NCBI GenBank assembly: GCA_963805045.1
Contig: CAWDTC010000025.1
Span: 42,372 to 106,371 of the forward strand
Direction: 5' to 3'
From: Candidatus Aminicenantes bacterium
GTDB lineage: Bacteria; Acidobacteriota; Aminicenantia; Aminicenantales; Saccharicenantaceae
DNA: 64,000 nt
The position numbers and the translations under genes were made by a program. Shown piece by piece: positions 8,730 through 21,495 of the stretch. Under the pieces are notes generated by a model. It was not told the origin of the DNA and did not search any database. It saw nothing but the letters and a program-made list of their open reading frames with translations. The stretch's first letter is position 1. Every line of letters begins with the position of its first letter.

Positions 8730-10307
8730 TTATTTCTTCGCGACGGCGTCCTTGATGTCCTTGACAAGCTTCTTGTACTTCTCGGTCGAGAATTCCTTGT
8801 GCGTCGCGGCCCAGGTGTCGACGAACTCGACCGCCTTCTCCGCGTAGGGCAAGGCCTCCTGATACTTCTTCAGCTTGTACAGAATATTGGCGAGCGTGTA
8901 ATTGTTGAAATAATCCGAGGTGAGCTCGACGGCCTTCCTGGCGGCCTCGGACGCGCTCTCGAGGTTCATCCCCGCTTGCTTCTCGCCCTGCCTGCTCCAG
9001 AAGGAAGCGTAGCTCGCGAGGACGGACTGGTCGGTCCCGTTCTTTTTGATGAACTCCGGCCCGTAGGCGGCCAGCGCCTTGTCGGGTTTCTTGAGCTTCA
9101 AGTAGATGCCGGCCGCGGTCTGAAGCGTGTACCACTGTTCGGGCGGGGCTATCTTGACGGCCAGGTCGGCCGCGGCCTCGACGCTCTCGAGGTTCTTTCC
9201 CTGCTCCAGCCAGAAATTCGCGTAGCCGGTCAGGGCGTAGACCGAGTTCGAGACGTAGCTGTCGAGGAAGTCCTTGCCGTATTCCTCGTCGGCCTTGGCC
9301 GCGTCGCCCTTGAGGAGGTAGAGCTGGGCCAGGTTTTGGGCGTACTCCGGGTTGGGCGGGTATCCCTGGATCTCCTTGACCTTCTCGGCCAGCTCGAGGC
9401 CTTTGTCGACGGGCCCCTTGTCCTTGACGATCTTGTCGACGTAGGAGTTGAGCACGGAGGCGTCGTTCGGGTACTTGGCGATGTAGGTCTCGTAGAACTT
9501 CGTCGCCTCGGCTTTGGTCGCCTCGTCCCCCGCGGCGTAGTACTGGTAATAACTCCCGAGCATGGCGTAGGCCTGCTTGAGCGAGGGGGCTCTGAGGGTG
9601 CTTGGCGATGAAGGCCTTCATCGGCGCCGCATCGGGCTTCCGGCTGAAGACAGTCGACTGGGCCAGCTCGAATTCGGCGGCCTCGGTGTAGGGAACGGTC
9701 GCCTTGATATATTCGAAGGTGTAGTTCCCGGCCTTTCCCTCGGGGTCGAGGGCGATGACTTTCTTGTAGAGCTCCTGCGATCTCGCCGTCAGGTCCTCCT
9801 TGTACCGGCTGCCGCACTTCTGGGCGAGCTTGAAGAGGACCTCGACGTTCGTCGGCTCCTTGGCGTAGCGGGCGTTCAGGGCCAAGAAAGTGTCTTCACC
9901 GGCAGGGCTTTCTTGAGCTTCTCCATGGTGCTTGTCGGCCGGCGGGCCGTAGCCGACGATCCAGTCGACCTCGTTGCCGTCCTTGTCGACGAGGAGATCG
10001 GTCGGCGTGGCATTGACATGCCGAACTTCTCGTAGATCGCGTCCCCGATCTTGTCGCCGCGGCTGGCGCGGTAGACGATGAAGTTGTTGTTGAGGAAATC
10101 GGCGTACTTGGGATTGTTGTAGAACTGCTGGACCAGCAGTTTACAGCCCCCTCAGCCACTCGAGTAGAAATCGATGAGGATGAGCTTGTTGTTCTTTTTC
10201 GCCTGGGCCAGCGCCTCGTCGAAGGGGCCGCTCAGGACCCGGGCCGTTTGGGCCGAGGCGAGCGAGGCGAGGAGGAGCAGGCCGGCGATCGGACTGAGTT
10301 TCTTCAT
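8730..10307 (-). CDS. Secreted thioredoxin-like (CxxC) / TPR-repeat protein, interrupted by frame breaks and one in-frame stop
   Basis: RBS GGAGG, then ATG at 10307 and a signal peptide (MKKLSPIAGLLLLASLASAQ). A thioredoxin-like block LILIDFYSS(G*G)GCK follows, where the expected WCGxC motif carries a stop. TPR-like repeats continue across ORFs 9896-10159, 8608-9885 and 8730-9563 in different frames. Confidence 0.6.
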
Positions 10308-11438
10308 GCGGGCCTCCTTGTCCTTCCGGACGGGCTCTCCGGGCCATCATACAATGAAAGGAAATGCCGTTGCAACCCAAAAACGATCCCGGGCGCAACG
10401 GAGCGCGACGGGGAAGCCCTCAACCTCAGTATCCCGTCCCCGTCCGTCCGGACCTTGCCCTTGAAGACCCGGTAGGCATAGATCGTGTACCAGACGACGA
10501 GCGGCATGCCGACCAGGGCGATGACGAGCATGACCTTGAGGGTCAGGGCGCTCGACGAGGCGTTGGTGATGGTCAGGCTCAGCGCCGGGTCCGTGGCCCG
10601 GACGAGATGGGGATAATGGACCGCACCGACGGTCCCCCATAGGCTCAGGAAGAAGGTCGAGGAAAAGAGGAAGGCCCGGCCGTCCTTCCCCTTCTTCAGC
10701 GCGGCCAGGATGAGGCCGAGCGAGGCCCAACCCAGCACGGCGAAGATCCAGGCCGGGACCCTCTTTACGGCGCCGGGGAGATAGGCCCAGACGGCGAGGT
10801 ACGAAACGAAGAAGGCGCCCATGGCCACGGCGACAAGGGCCTTGGCCGCCTTGCGGGTCCTCTCCTGGAGCTCGCCTTCCGTCTTGAGCGCGGCCCATGT
10901 CGCGCCGTGGAGGAGGAAGGCGGCCAGGCCGAGGAGCCCGAAGACGAGGGGCAGCGGCCGGAGCAGGGTGAAGAAGCTCGCCCGCGTACTCCATGCGCGC
11001 ATCGAGGGGCACGCCGCCGACGACGTTGCCGAGGGCGACGCCGAAGAGGAGCGCCGGCAGGAAGCTCGCGCCGACGAAGACCGCCTCCCAGAATTTCCTC
11101 CGCGGCGTGTCGTGGGCCCGGAACTCGAGCGAGACGGCCCGGAGGATGAGGGAGAAGAGGACGAGCATCAGGGCCAGGTAGAAGCCGCTGAAGACCGTGG
11201 CGTAGGCGTGCGGGAAGGCCGCGAAGAGGGCCCCGCCGCCGGTCAGGAGCCAGACCTCGTTCCCGTCCCAGACGGGGCCGATCGACCGGACGAGCGCCGT
11301 CTTCTCGCCCTCGTTCCTGGCCAGGAACGGCAGGAGGACGCCGACGCCGAGGTCGAAGCCGTCGAGGACCGAGTACCCGGCGAGGAGGACGCCGACGAGG
11401 ACGAACCAGATGTTGCGGAGAAGGTCCCAGGCGCCCAT
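10304..11438 (-). CDS. cydB: Cytochrome bd ubiquinol oxidase subunit II (frameshifted)
   Basis: N-terminus MGAWDLLRNIWFVLVGVLLAGYSVLDGFDLGVG (RBS AAGGAGG) in ORF 10347-12071; C-terminal part ...WYTIYAYRVFKGKV in ORF 10304-11002. One frame break lies at about 10900-11000. Confidence 0.75.
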
Positions 11439-12822
11439 CACAGCCCTCCTTGCGGTGAACCATGGGGGACAGTCCCCCCGGGAGGGGACTGTCCCTCTCT
11501 TTCTTCCGGGGGAGCGTCCGGACCCTGCCGGACCAGCCGGAGGATGACGGAGACGCCGGCCGCCGCGATGAGCGCGTAGACCGCGGCGAAGAGGACGAGC
11601 GAGAACAGGATCTGCCCCGCGGGCACGACGACGGAGACGGCGTCCGCCGTCCTGAGGACGCGGAAGACCGCCCAGGGCTGGCGGCCGACCTCGGCCGCGA
11701 ACCAGCCGAACTCGTTGGCGAGGTAGGGGAGAGGCACGGCCAGGACGAGGAGCCGGAGGTACCAGCGCGGGACGGCCTTCCCCTTCCGGGCGAGGAAGGC
11801 CGCGCCCGGGACGGCCATCACGATGAACAGCAGGCCGAGGAGGATCATCAGGTGGTATCCGGCGAAGGGCAGGAGGACGGGCGGCCGCTCGTTCTTGGGG
11901 AACTCCGAGAGCCCCCGGACCTCGGTGCCCGTGTCGAAACCGACGAGGAAGCTGAGAAGGCCTGGGATGCGGAACGGCGAGACGCGTCGTCTCGGCCTTC
12001 TCGTCGGGGATGCCGAAGACCGTGAACGGCGCCCCGGTCCGGGTCCGCCACAGGGCCTCGAAGGCGGCCATCTTCTCCGGCTGGGTCCGCGCGACCTGGA
12101 CCGAGTGGGCGTGGCCCGAGCCGAGCTGGAGGACCGACGCCGGCGACGAACACGGCCAGGGCCGTTCTCAGGAGGAGCCCGGCCTTGTTCCCGCGCCCTG
12201 TCCTTGAGGAGGAGCCAGGCGGCGATGGCCGCCGCGACGAGCGAGCCCGTGATCCAGCCGCCGAGGACGGTGTGGACGAAGCGGACGACGGTCGACGGGT
12301 TGAGGGCGGCCCGGCCGAAGTCCGTCAGGCAGGGCCCGGCCCGCCTCCATCCGGAAGCCCGCCGGCGTCTGCATCCAGGAGTTGGCGATGATGATCCAGA
12401 CCCCGGAGAGGTGGGAGGCGAAGAAGACGAGGAAGGCCGAGACCCAGTACATCTTCGGCGAGACGCGGCGCCGCCCGAAGACGAGGATGCCCAGGAAGAC
12501 GGATTCGAGGAAGAAGGAGAAGACGCCTTCGGCCGCGAGCGGCGCGCCGAAGATGTCGCCGACCGTCCGCGCATAGGCCGACCAGTTGTTGCCGAAGGCG
12601 AACTCGAGGGCGATCCCGGTGGCGACGCCCATGACGAAGACGACGCCCAGGATCCTGACGAGGAAGCTCGAGACGTCCCGGGCCAGTTCGTCCTTCTTCC
12701 GGAGAGAGCGGGATTCCAGGATGAGGATGACGAGCGTCAGGCCGAAGGTCGTCGGCGGGAAAGAGGAAGTGGAAACCGGCGGTCAGGCCGAACTGTAGCC
12801 GGGCCAGAAAGACCGGGTCCAT
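11438..12822 (-). CDS. cydA: Cytochrome bd ubiquinol oxidase subunit I (multiple frame breaks)
   Basis: N-terminus MDPVFLARLQFGLTAGFHFLFP (RBS AAGGAGG, ATG at 12822). Q-loop region GIALEFAFGNNWSAYARTVGDIFGAPLAAEG is in ORF 12168-12632. C-terminus is in ORF 11438-12574. The stop TGA overlaps the cydB ATG (ATGA). Confidence 0.75.
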
Positions 12823-12963
12823 GGGGCCCTCCTTCGCGCCGGCGGCCGGGATCAAGGGGGCCAGCCCCCGGGGGACCGACCTCTCCTGATTCCCCTTCCG
12901 GACGGCGAGGGAAATATAGACGAGGCCGCGCTCCGAATCAAGAGGGACGGTCCCCGCCCCGCG

Positions 12964-12991
12964 TTGCCCGACCCGACCGCTATGATAAAAT
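12964..12991 (+). promoter_or_regulatory. Candidate sigma70 promoter TTGCCC-16-TAAAAT for the CDF transporter gene
   Basis: Located in the divergent cydA/CDF intergenic region, about 30 nt upstream of the ATG at 13020. Confidence 0.3.
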
Positions 12992-13019
12992 AACAAACCT
13001 ACCGAGGTCGAAACCCCTC

Positions 13020-14450
13020 ATGCCCGAACGCCCGCCGCTCGAGGACGGCCTGTCCGTCAAGGAAAAGACGTCCGCCGCGGCGAACTCCGTCTTCGCCGCC
13101 CTCGCCCTGACCGGCATGAAGCCGCGGTCGGCCTCCTCTCCGGCTCTCTCGGCCTCCTGGCCGAAGCGGCCCACTCCGGCCTGGACCTCGTCGCCGCCGT
13201 CATCACCCTCCTCGCCGTCCGGGTCTCGGACCGCCCGGCCGACGAGGACCATCCCTACGGCCACGGCAAGGTCGAGAACTTCTCCGCCCTCGTCGAGACG
13301 CTCCTTCTCTTCGTCACGTGCGGCTGGATCCTCTACGAGGCCGTCCGCCGGCTCTTCTTCCGCGCCGTCGCGGTCACGCCCAGCGTGTGGGCCTTCCTCG
13401 TCGTCGTCGCGTCCATCGTCGTGAACATCTCGCGCTCCCGGATGCTCGGACCGCGCGGCGCGCCGGCACCGGAGCCAGGCCCTGGAGGCGGACGCCCTCC
13501 ACTTCTCGACCGACGTCTGGAGCTCGGCCGTCGTCCTCGCCGGGCTGGGCCTCGTCTGGCTCGGCCAGCACGCCCTGCCCGGCTATGGGCGCGTCCTCGA
13601 GAAGGCCGACGCCGCGGCCGCCATCGGCGTCGCCCTGATCATCCTCCTCGTCAGCTTCAAGCTGGGCAAGCGGACGGTCGACGTCCTCCTCGACTCGGCC
13701 CCGGACGGCCTTGCGGAGAGGATCGCCGAGGCGACGGCCGGGGTCGAGGGCGTCCTGCGGGCTGGCCAGGTCAGGGTCCGGCGCTCGGGCGCCCGGGTCT
13801 TCGTCGACATGAACGTCGAGGTCGACCGGAACCTCAGCTTCGAGCGGACCCATGCCATCGCCGACGCGGTCGAGGCCCGCGTCCGGTCCGTCACGCCCGG
13901 CGCCGACGTCGTCGTCCACACCGACCCGCGGGAGAGCGAGCGCGAGTCGATTGCCCGCCGCGTCCGGGCCGTGGCCGACCGCAACCTCGTCCCCGTCCAC
14001 AACATCAGCGTCCGCGAGGACGGGGGAGCCCTCTGTGTCGACCTCCACCTCGAAGTGGACGACCATCTCCTCCTCCACCAGGCCCACGAGCTGGCCAGCC
14101 GCATCGAGCAGGACCTCAAGGCCGACATCCCGGCCATCAAGAGCGTCAACACGCACATCGAGTCCCGGGGCACGGGTGTCGGCAGCGGCGTCGACGTGAC
14201 GGCCCAGGAGCCGGAGGTCGTCGCGACGGTCCGGCGGGTTGCCGACGCCGTCGTCGGCCGGCCCTGCTGTCACGACGTCATGGTCAGGCGGCAGGGCGGC
14301 CGGCTTTCCGTCTCGCTCCACTGCAGTTTCGACGCGGACCTGCCGGTCATCGAGGCCCACCGGATCTCGTCGCGGATCGAGGAGGCCCTGAAGGAGGAGG
14401 TCCCGGCCGTCGATTCCGTCCTGGTCCACACGGAGCCCGAGGGCCGTTGA
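13020..14450 (+). CDS. Cation diffusion facilitator (CDF) family metal efflux transporter with tandem C-terminal cytoplasmic domains (frameshifted)
   Basis: TM region (SAAANSVFAALALTG...HSGLDLVAAVITLLAV...DEDHPYGHGKVE) is recoverable across three frames in 13020-13800. ORF 13809-14450 encodes two cation-efflux C-terminal-domain repeats. Confidence 0.7.
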
Positions 14451-14484
14451 CCGGCCCTATGGTCCGGCCGGCAAGGGAGGGACG

Positions 14485-14970
14485 ATGACGAGCGACAGGA
14501 CGCCGATGACGCCGGCCGTGCGCGTCCTCAAGGACGCCGGCGTGGCCTTCAGCGAACATCCCTACCGTTACGTCGAGCGCGGCGGGACGGCGATCTTCGC
14601 CGCGGAGTCGGGCGTCGACGAGCATGCGGTCATCAAGACCCTCGTCATGGAGGACGACACGAAGCGGCCCTTCGTCGTCCTCATGCACGGCGACCGGGAG
14701 GTCTCGACCAGGGAAATGGCCCGCGTCCTGGGGGTCAAGACGGTCCGTCCGTGCGCGCCCGGGACGGCCCAGCGTCATTCGGGCTACATGGTCGGCGGCA
14801 CGTCGCCCTTCGGCCTGCGCAAGCCCATGCCGGTCTACGTCGAGGAGACGATTCTCGCTCTGCCGAAGATCTACATCAACGGGGGAAAGCGCGGCTTCCT
14901 CGTCGGCCTCGACCCGAAGGACCTGGCCCGTGTCCTCGGGCCGACCCCCGTCCGCGTCGCCACTGTTTAG
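14485..14970 (+). CDS. ybaK: Cys-tRNA(Pro)/Cys-tRNA(Cys) deacylase YbaK
   Basis: Intact 161-aa ORF typical of the YbaK/EbsC family (VLMHGDREVSTREMARVLG...GGTSPFG). Confidence 0.85.
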   Translation: MTSDRTPMTPAVRVLKDAGVAFSEHPYRYVERGGTAIFAAESGVDEHAVIKTLVMEDDTKRPFVVLMHGDREVSTREMARVLGVKTVRPCAPGTAQRHSGYMVGGTSPFGLRKPMPVYVEETILALPKIYINGGKRGFLVGLDPKDLARVLGPTPVRVATV

Positions 14971-14977
14971 AATCACG

Positions 14978-15210
14978 GAGGGACTGTCCCCGGCAGCGCC
15001 TGGGGGAGACTGAACCGCACATGACCTTCCGTCCAATCCCCGGGGCCGCTCAGGCTCTTAGGGTGGCGACGAGACCGTCCGAAAGCCCCCGTTTGGAGGG
15101 GGACCCGGCGGGATTTCCGACGGGGGAACCGGGACAGGTTCCCGGGGGCCGGGGGATAAGGACGGCCTTGGCGCCACCGCACCTGCTGACGCGGGGGACA
15201 GGACCTCTCC
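14978..15210. repeat. Copy 1 of a two-copy structured intergenic element (GGGAC-T-GTCCC palindrome, 27-nt module, hairpin-rich core of about 130 nt)
   Basis: Core 15057-15185 aligns with 45766-45907 (shared CCGTTTGGARGGGGACCCG, GGGGGAACCGGGACAGGTTCCCGGGG, CCGGGGGATAAGRACGGCCTTG and closing stem GTGGCGAC/GTCGCCAC with compensatory changes). Lies between the convergent ybaK and kdpD-N genes. Confidence 0.5.
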
Positions 15211-15221
15211 GACCGGGTTGG

Positions 15222-16913
15222 TCACCGCGCCGCTTCGCTGTCTTCCCAATCGCGGATCGTCCGTATGGCCTCCTCCGGGGTCCGGACCGACCTCAGGACC
15301 TGCATGAGTTGCCTGTTCTGGGCGGCCCGGCTGGCCAGGCCCAGCAGCTGGACCTGGGTCCCGGGGGTCTCGGCCGGGGACAGGAGGAGAAAGACGATCT
15401 CGATGGGCTTGTCCGTGGCCACGTCGATGACGCCCTCCTTCGTCAGCCCGAGGACGACGACCGGTTCCTTCAGTCCCTCCACCCGGACGTGGGGGAAGGC
15501 GACGCCCTCGTTGAAGAACGTCGAGCCCTGCGCCTCCCGCGCCATGATGGCCGCGAACAGGGCTTCGGCGTCCCCGCCGCCGGCCTCCGGTCCGACGGTC
15601 GCGGCCAGGGCGCACAGCACGCCTTCCCTCTCTGCGGCCGTCTCCCAGATGACGACCCGTGGGGAGGACAGCCACCGGCTGAGCCGGGGACGGTCCGCCG
15701 GCGCGGCGCCGGCGCCTCCGGCCGCAGCGACCCCCGCCGTTTCCTGCTCGGGGATCTCGGGCCGGGGCCGGACGGACTCCGGCAGGTCCTCGCACGTGTC
15801 GAGGACGATGACGGTGATCCCCCGGGCGTTCCTGATGAGAGCGTCGATGACGTTCCTGTTCCGGCCGAGCCGCTTCCAGAACGGCTTGGGCTGGGCCCGG
15901 CCGACGACGATGTGGCCGACCCGGTATTCCCGGGCGAAACGGAGGAGCGTGTCGGCGATGTCCTCCCCCTTGTAGGTGAAGACCATCGCCCCGAGCTGCT
16001 TGGCCAGGGTCAGGGAGTCCGAGAGATGGCGCTGGACTTCGGCGTCGATGACCGTGGCTTCCTCCGACGGCGTCTGGACATAGACGGCGTACCAGTTCCG
16101 GTTGAGCCTCCCCGCCAGCCGCGAGCCGTAGCGCAGGAGCTTCTCGCTGTTCGGGCCGTGCGAGCTCAGGCAGACCATGACCTGGTCGGACGAAGCGCCG
16201 GCCTCCGCCCCCTGCGCCTCCCGCCGCCGCAGGTCGATCTGCGAGGCCAGCTCCCGCAGGGTCAGCTCGCGGAGCTTCTCCAGGTTGGAGGGGGTGAAGA
16301 AATTGGCCAGGGCGGTCTCGATGCGTTCGGTCGGGTAGATCTTGCCGTCCTCCAGGCGCTGCCGCAGGTCCTCCGTGGCCAGGTCGACGTCGACGATCTC
16401 GTCGGCCTCGGCCAGGATCGAGTCGGGGATGCGCTCGCGGACCTTGACCCCGACGGCGTTCTCGACGATGTTGTAGAGGCTCTCGAGATGCTGGACGTTG
16501 AGCGTGGTGATGACGTGGATGCCGGCCGCCAGGATGTCCTGGACGTCCTCGTAGCGCTTGGCGTTCCGGCTGCCGGGGACGTTCGTGTGGGCCAGCTCGT
16601 CGATGAGGGCGACCTGGGGCTTGCGGGCCAGGATGGCGTCCACGTCCATCTCCTCGACGGCGATGCCGTGGTATTCCTGGGTGCGCCGCGGCACGACCTC
16701 GAGGCCCTGGGCGAGCCGGGCGATGTCCGCCCGGCCGTGCGTCTCGAGGAGGCCGATGACGACGTCGATGCCCTCGGCCTTGAGCCGGTGGCCCTCCTGG
16801 AGCATCTGGTAGGTCTTGCCGACGCCCGCGGAATAGCCGAGGTAGACCTTGAGCCGGCCCCGCTGGGCGCTGCGGATCATGCGGAGGAAGGCGTCGGCCT
16901 TATCGTCCGGCAC
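15222..16913 (-). CDS. Kinase-less KdpD sensor module: KdpD N-terminal domain + Usp domain fused to a PTS EIIA(Ntr)-like (EIIA type 2) domain
   Basis: KdpD-N signature LKVYLGYSAGVGKTYQML...ALIDELAHTN. A Usp-OKCHK-like region follows (VMVCLSSHGPNSEKLL...IVVG), then a Gly/Ala linker and an EIIA-2 fold with an active-site-like His (GVAFPHVR...IVFLLLSP). No HisKA/HATPase is present. Confidence 0.8.
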   Translation of the reverse strand: MPDDKADAFLRMIRSAQRGRLKVYLGYSAGVGKTYQMLQEGHRLKAEGIDVVIGLLETHGRADIARLAQGLEVVPRRTQEYHGIAVEEMDVDAILARKPQVALIDELAHTNVPGSRNAKRYEDVQDILAAGIHVITTLNVQHLESLYNIVENAVGVKVRERIPDSILAEADEIVDVDLATEDLRQRLEDGKIYPTERIETALANFFTPSNLEKLRELTLRELASQIDLRRREAQGAEAGASSDQVMVCLSSHGPNSEKLLRYGSRLAGRLNRNWYAVYVQTPSEEATVIDAEVQRHLSDSLTLAKQLGAMVFTYKGEDIADTLLRFAREYRVGHIVVGRAQPKPFWKRLGRNRNVIDALIRNARGITVIVLDTCEDLPESVRPRPEIPEQETAGVAAAGGAGAAPADRPRLSRWLSSPRVVIWETAAEREGVLCALAATVGPEAGGGDAEALFAAIMAREAQGSTFFNEGVAFPHVRVEGLKEPVVVLGLTKEGVIDVATDKPIEIVFLLLSPAETPGTQVQLLGLASRAAQNRQLMQVLRSVRTPEEAIRTIRDWEDSEAAR

Positions 16914-17493
16914 GGGGGACTCCGTCGAGCGCGAGGTTCAATTCAGGACGTTGACGCGGGGCTCGCCGAGGATGCCCAACGTCCGGCCCTCGGTCGTGGC
17001 CGCGACGAAGGCGAGGACATCCGACTCGGTCAGGCCGCGGGCCCGGGCGACGCGGCCGGCCTGGAGCCGGGCGTTCTCGGGGGAGATGTGGGGGTCGAGC
17101 CCGCTCCCCGAGGCGGTCACGGCGTCGGCCGGCACGGGCGTCCCCGGCGCGAGGCCGTTCTCCGCCCGGTATTCGGCGACCCGGCGCCGCACGGTCTCGA
17201 TCAGCTCCTTCGACAGCGGCCCGAGGTTTGACCCGCCGGAGGCCGTGGCGTCGTAGCCCTTCCCGGCCGCCGACGGACGCGGATGGAAATACCCCGGCCC
17301 GGCGAACCGCTGGCCGATGAGGTCCGAGCCGACGACGGCGCCGCTCCTCGCGACGAGCGAGCCGTTGGCCTCTGGCCGGGAAGAAGGCCTGAGCCAGGAC
17401 CCACGAGGCCAGCGGATAGAGGCCGCACAGAAGGACGGCCAGGGCGGCCACGGCCAGGAAGGACCGCCGGAGTTCCTCGAGCCAGCTCTTCAT
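16900..17493 (-). CDS. kdpC: K+-transporting ATPase subunit C (frameshifted)
   Basis: N-terminus [32 protein letters not shown] (ATG at 17493); C-terminus ...[13 protein letters not shown]...EPRVNVL/ELNLALD is split between ORFs 16938-17192 and 16900-17493. Confidence 0.75.
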   Translation of the reverse strand: MKSWLEELRRSFLAVAALAVLLCGLYPLASWVLAQAFFPARGQRLARREERRRRRLGPHRPAVRRAGVFPSASVGGREGLRRHGLRRVKPRAAVEGADRDRAAPGRRIPGGERPRAGDARAGRRRDRLGERARPPHLPRERPAPGRPRRPGPRPDRVGCPRLRRGHDRGPDVGHPRRAPRQRPELNLALDGVPRAGR

Positions 17494-17514
17494 CTCCGCG
17501 TTCCTTTCCCCATG

Positions 17515-19541
<2,027 letters not shown>

Positions 19542-19553
19542 CGTGCGACTCCC

Positions 19554-21408
19554 TTAGAACAGGACTCCCGAACCGGTCATCAGGAAGTGCTCGACGATCG
19601 GGCCGAGGGCCAGGGCGGGAAGGAACGTCAGGGCGCCGACGATGAGGACGGTCCCGACGAGGATGATGACGAACATCGGCCCGCTCACCGGGAAGCTCGC
19701 CTCGCCCGCCGGGACGAGCTTCTTCCGCGCCAGGCTCCCGGCCAGGGCCAGGACCGGCACGATCATGACGAAACGGCCGAAGAGCATGGCCAGGGCCAGG
19801 GTGACGTTGTACCAGGCGTGTTGCCGTTCAGCCCGGCGAAGGCGCTGCCGTTGTTGCCCGTGGCCGAGGAGAAGGCGTAGAGGATCTCGCTCAGGCCGTG
19901 GGGGCCGGCGTTGCCGAGGCCGGCCAGGCCCCAGCGGCTCGACCGACGGCCCAGGCGGCGAAGCCGAGGATGGAGAAGATGAGGATGAGGACGGCCAGGA
20001 CGGAGACCTTGACGTCGTAGGCCTCGATCTTCTTGCCGAGGTACTCGGGCGTCCGCCCGACCATCAGGCCGGTCAGGAAGACGGCCAGGACGACGAAGAC
20101 GAGCATCCCGTAGAGGCCCGAGCCGACGCCGCCGAAGACGACCTCGCCGAGCTGGATGTTGACGAGCGGGACGAGCCCGCCGAGCGGCGTGAACGAGTCG
20201 TGCATGGCGTTGACCGCGCCGCAGGAGGCGTCCGTCGTGACGGTGGCGAAGAGGGCGGAGTCGAAGACGCCGAAGCGGACCTCCTTGCCCTCCATGTTGC
20301 CGCCGCGCGGGTCGACGCCGAGGGCCTGCGAGCCGGGGATTGCCGGCGCTCTCGGCCCTCCAGCAGACGAGGACCGCGGCCAGGAAGAGGATGGCCATGG
20401 CCGTCCAGACGGCCCAGCCGTGCTTCTGGTTCTTGACCTTGCGGCCGAGGTAATAGGTGAGGCCGCTCGGGATGAGGAAGATCGAGAGCATCTGGATGAA
20501 GTTCGAGAGCGGCGTCGGGTTCTCGTAGGGATGGGCGGCGTTGGCGTTGAAGAAGCCGCCGCCGTTCGTGCCGAGCATCTTGATGGCCACCTGCGAGGCC
20601 GCCGGGCCCTGGGGGAGGGTCTGGGTCGTCCGGCCGCGTCCTTCCCGGGACCGGCCGTCGCCTCCGCGGTCGCCGCCCGGACGTAAGGCTTGAAGTTCTG
20701 GATGACGCCCTGGGACGATCAGGAAGAGCGGAGAAGACGAGCGAGAGCGGGAGCAGGAGGTAGAGGTTGACGCGGACGAGGTCGACCCAGAAGTTCCCGA
20801 TGGTCTTGGCCGAATGCCGGGCGATGCCCGCGGACCAGGGCCGCGGCGACGGCGATGCCGGCGGCGGCCGAGACGAAGTTGTGGAAGACGAGCCCGACCA
20901 TCTGCGAGAAATAGGACAGGGTCGATTCCCCGGCATAGTTCTGCCAGTTCGTGTTCGTGGTGAAGCTCGCCGCCGTGTTGAAGGCGAGGTCGGGGCGCGA
21001 CGCGGCCCGAACTCTGGGGGTTCAGGGGCAGGAGGTGCTGGAGGCGGAGGACGGCGTAGGTGAAGAGGAGCCCGACCAGGCTGAAGACGAGGAGGGAGAG
21101 GGTGTATTGCTGCCAGTCCTGCTCCTTCTTCCGGGTCGACGCCGAGGAGCCGGTAGAGGAGGCGCTCGACGGGCTTGAGCCGGCCGGTCCAGCCAGGTCC
21201 TGCCCTCGGGCTCGAGGACGCGGACGAGGTAGAGGCCGACCGGCTTCGTGAGGAGGAAGAGGACGCCGAGGAAGAGCGCGAGCTGGAGTCCAGCCGGAAG
21301 ATGTCCATCGCGATCATCGCCTCTCAAAACTTCTCCGGCCGGAGGACGCTCGAGCAAGAGATAGCCGATGAGCAGGAGCCCGACGATGAGCCCGATGATG
21401 TCGATCAT
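19554..21408 (-). CDS. kdpA: K+-transporting ATPase subunit A (several frame breaks)
   Basis: N-terminus [19 protein letters not shown] (ATG at 21408). Internal segments are in ORFs 20073-21317, 19891-20295 and 19763-20590; C-terminus in 19554-19787. Confidence 0.85.
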
Positions 21409-21410
21409 GG

Positions 21411-21495
21411 TCAGAGCCTCTCGCAGGCCCGGGCATACAGGGCGCAGAGCCCGAAGAAGACGCACGGCGATGAGCACGAAGAAGACGTCGCTCAT
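21411..21495 (-). CDS. kdpF: KdpF-like small membrane peptide (about 28 aa, one frame break)
   Basis: [12 protein letters not shown] then ATG at 21495. Peptide MSDVFFVLIAV...FFGLCALYARACERL read with a 1-nt shift. Its TGA lies immediately before the kdpA ATG. Its ATG overlaps the upstream HK stop (ATGA). Confidence 0.5.

Noticed and set aside
13374-14429. 351-aa minus-strand ORF and the 13385-14488 plus-strand ORF overlapping the CDF gene
   Set aside because: They are Arg/Gly/Asp-rich antisense or alternative-frame readings. The CDF frame carries the recognisable TM and C-terminal-domain motifs.
14973-15182. Minus-strand ORFs 14973-15182 and 45767-45958 sharing the peptide WRQGR(P/S)YPPAPG
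   Set aside because: The shared peptide simply reflects the conserved DNA of the two-copy element. There is no RBS and composition is poor, and at locus 1 the ORF would run into the kdpD-N 3' end.
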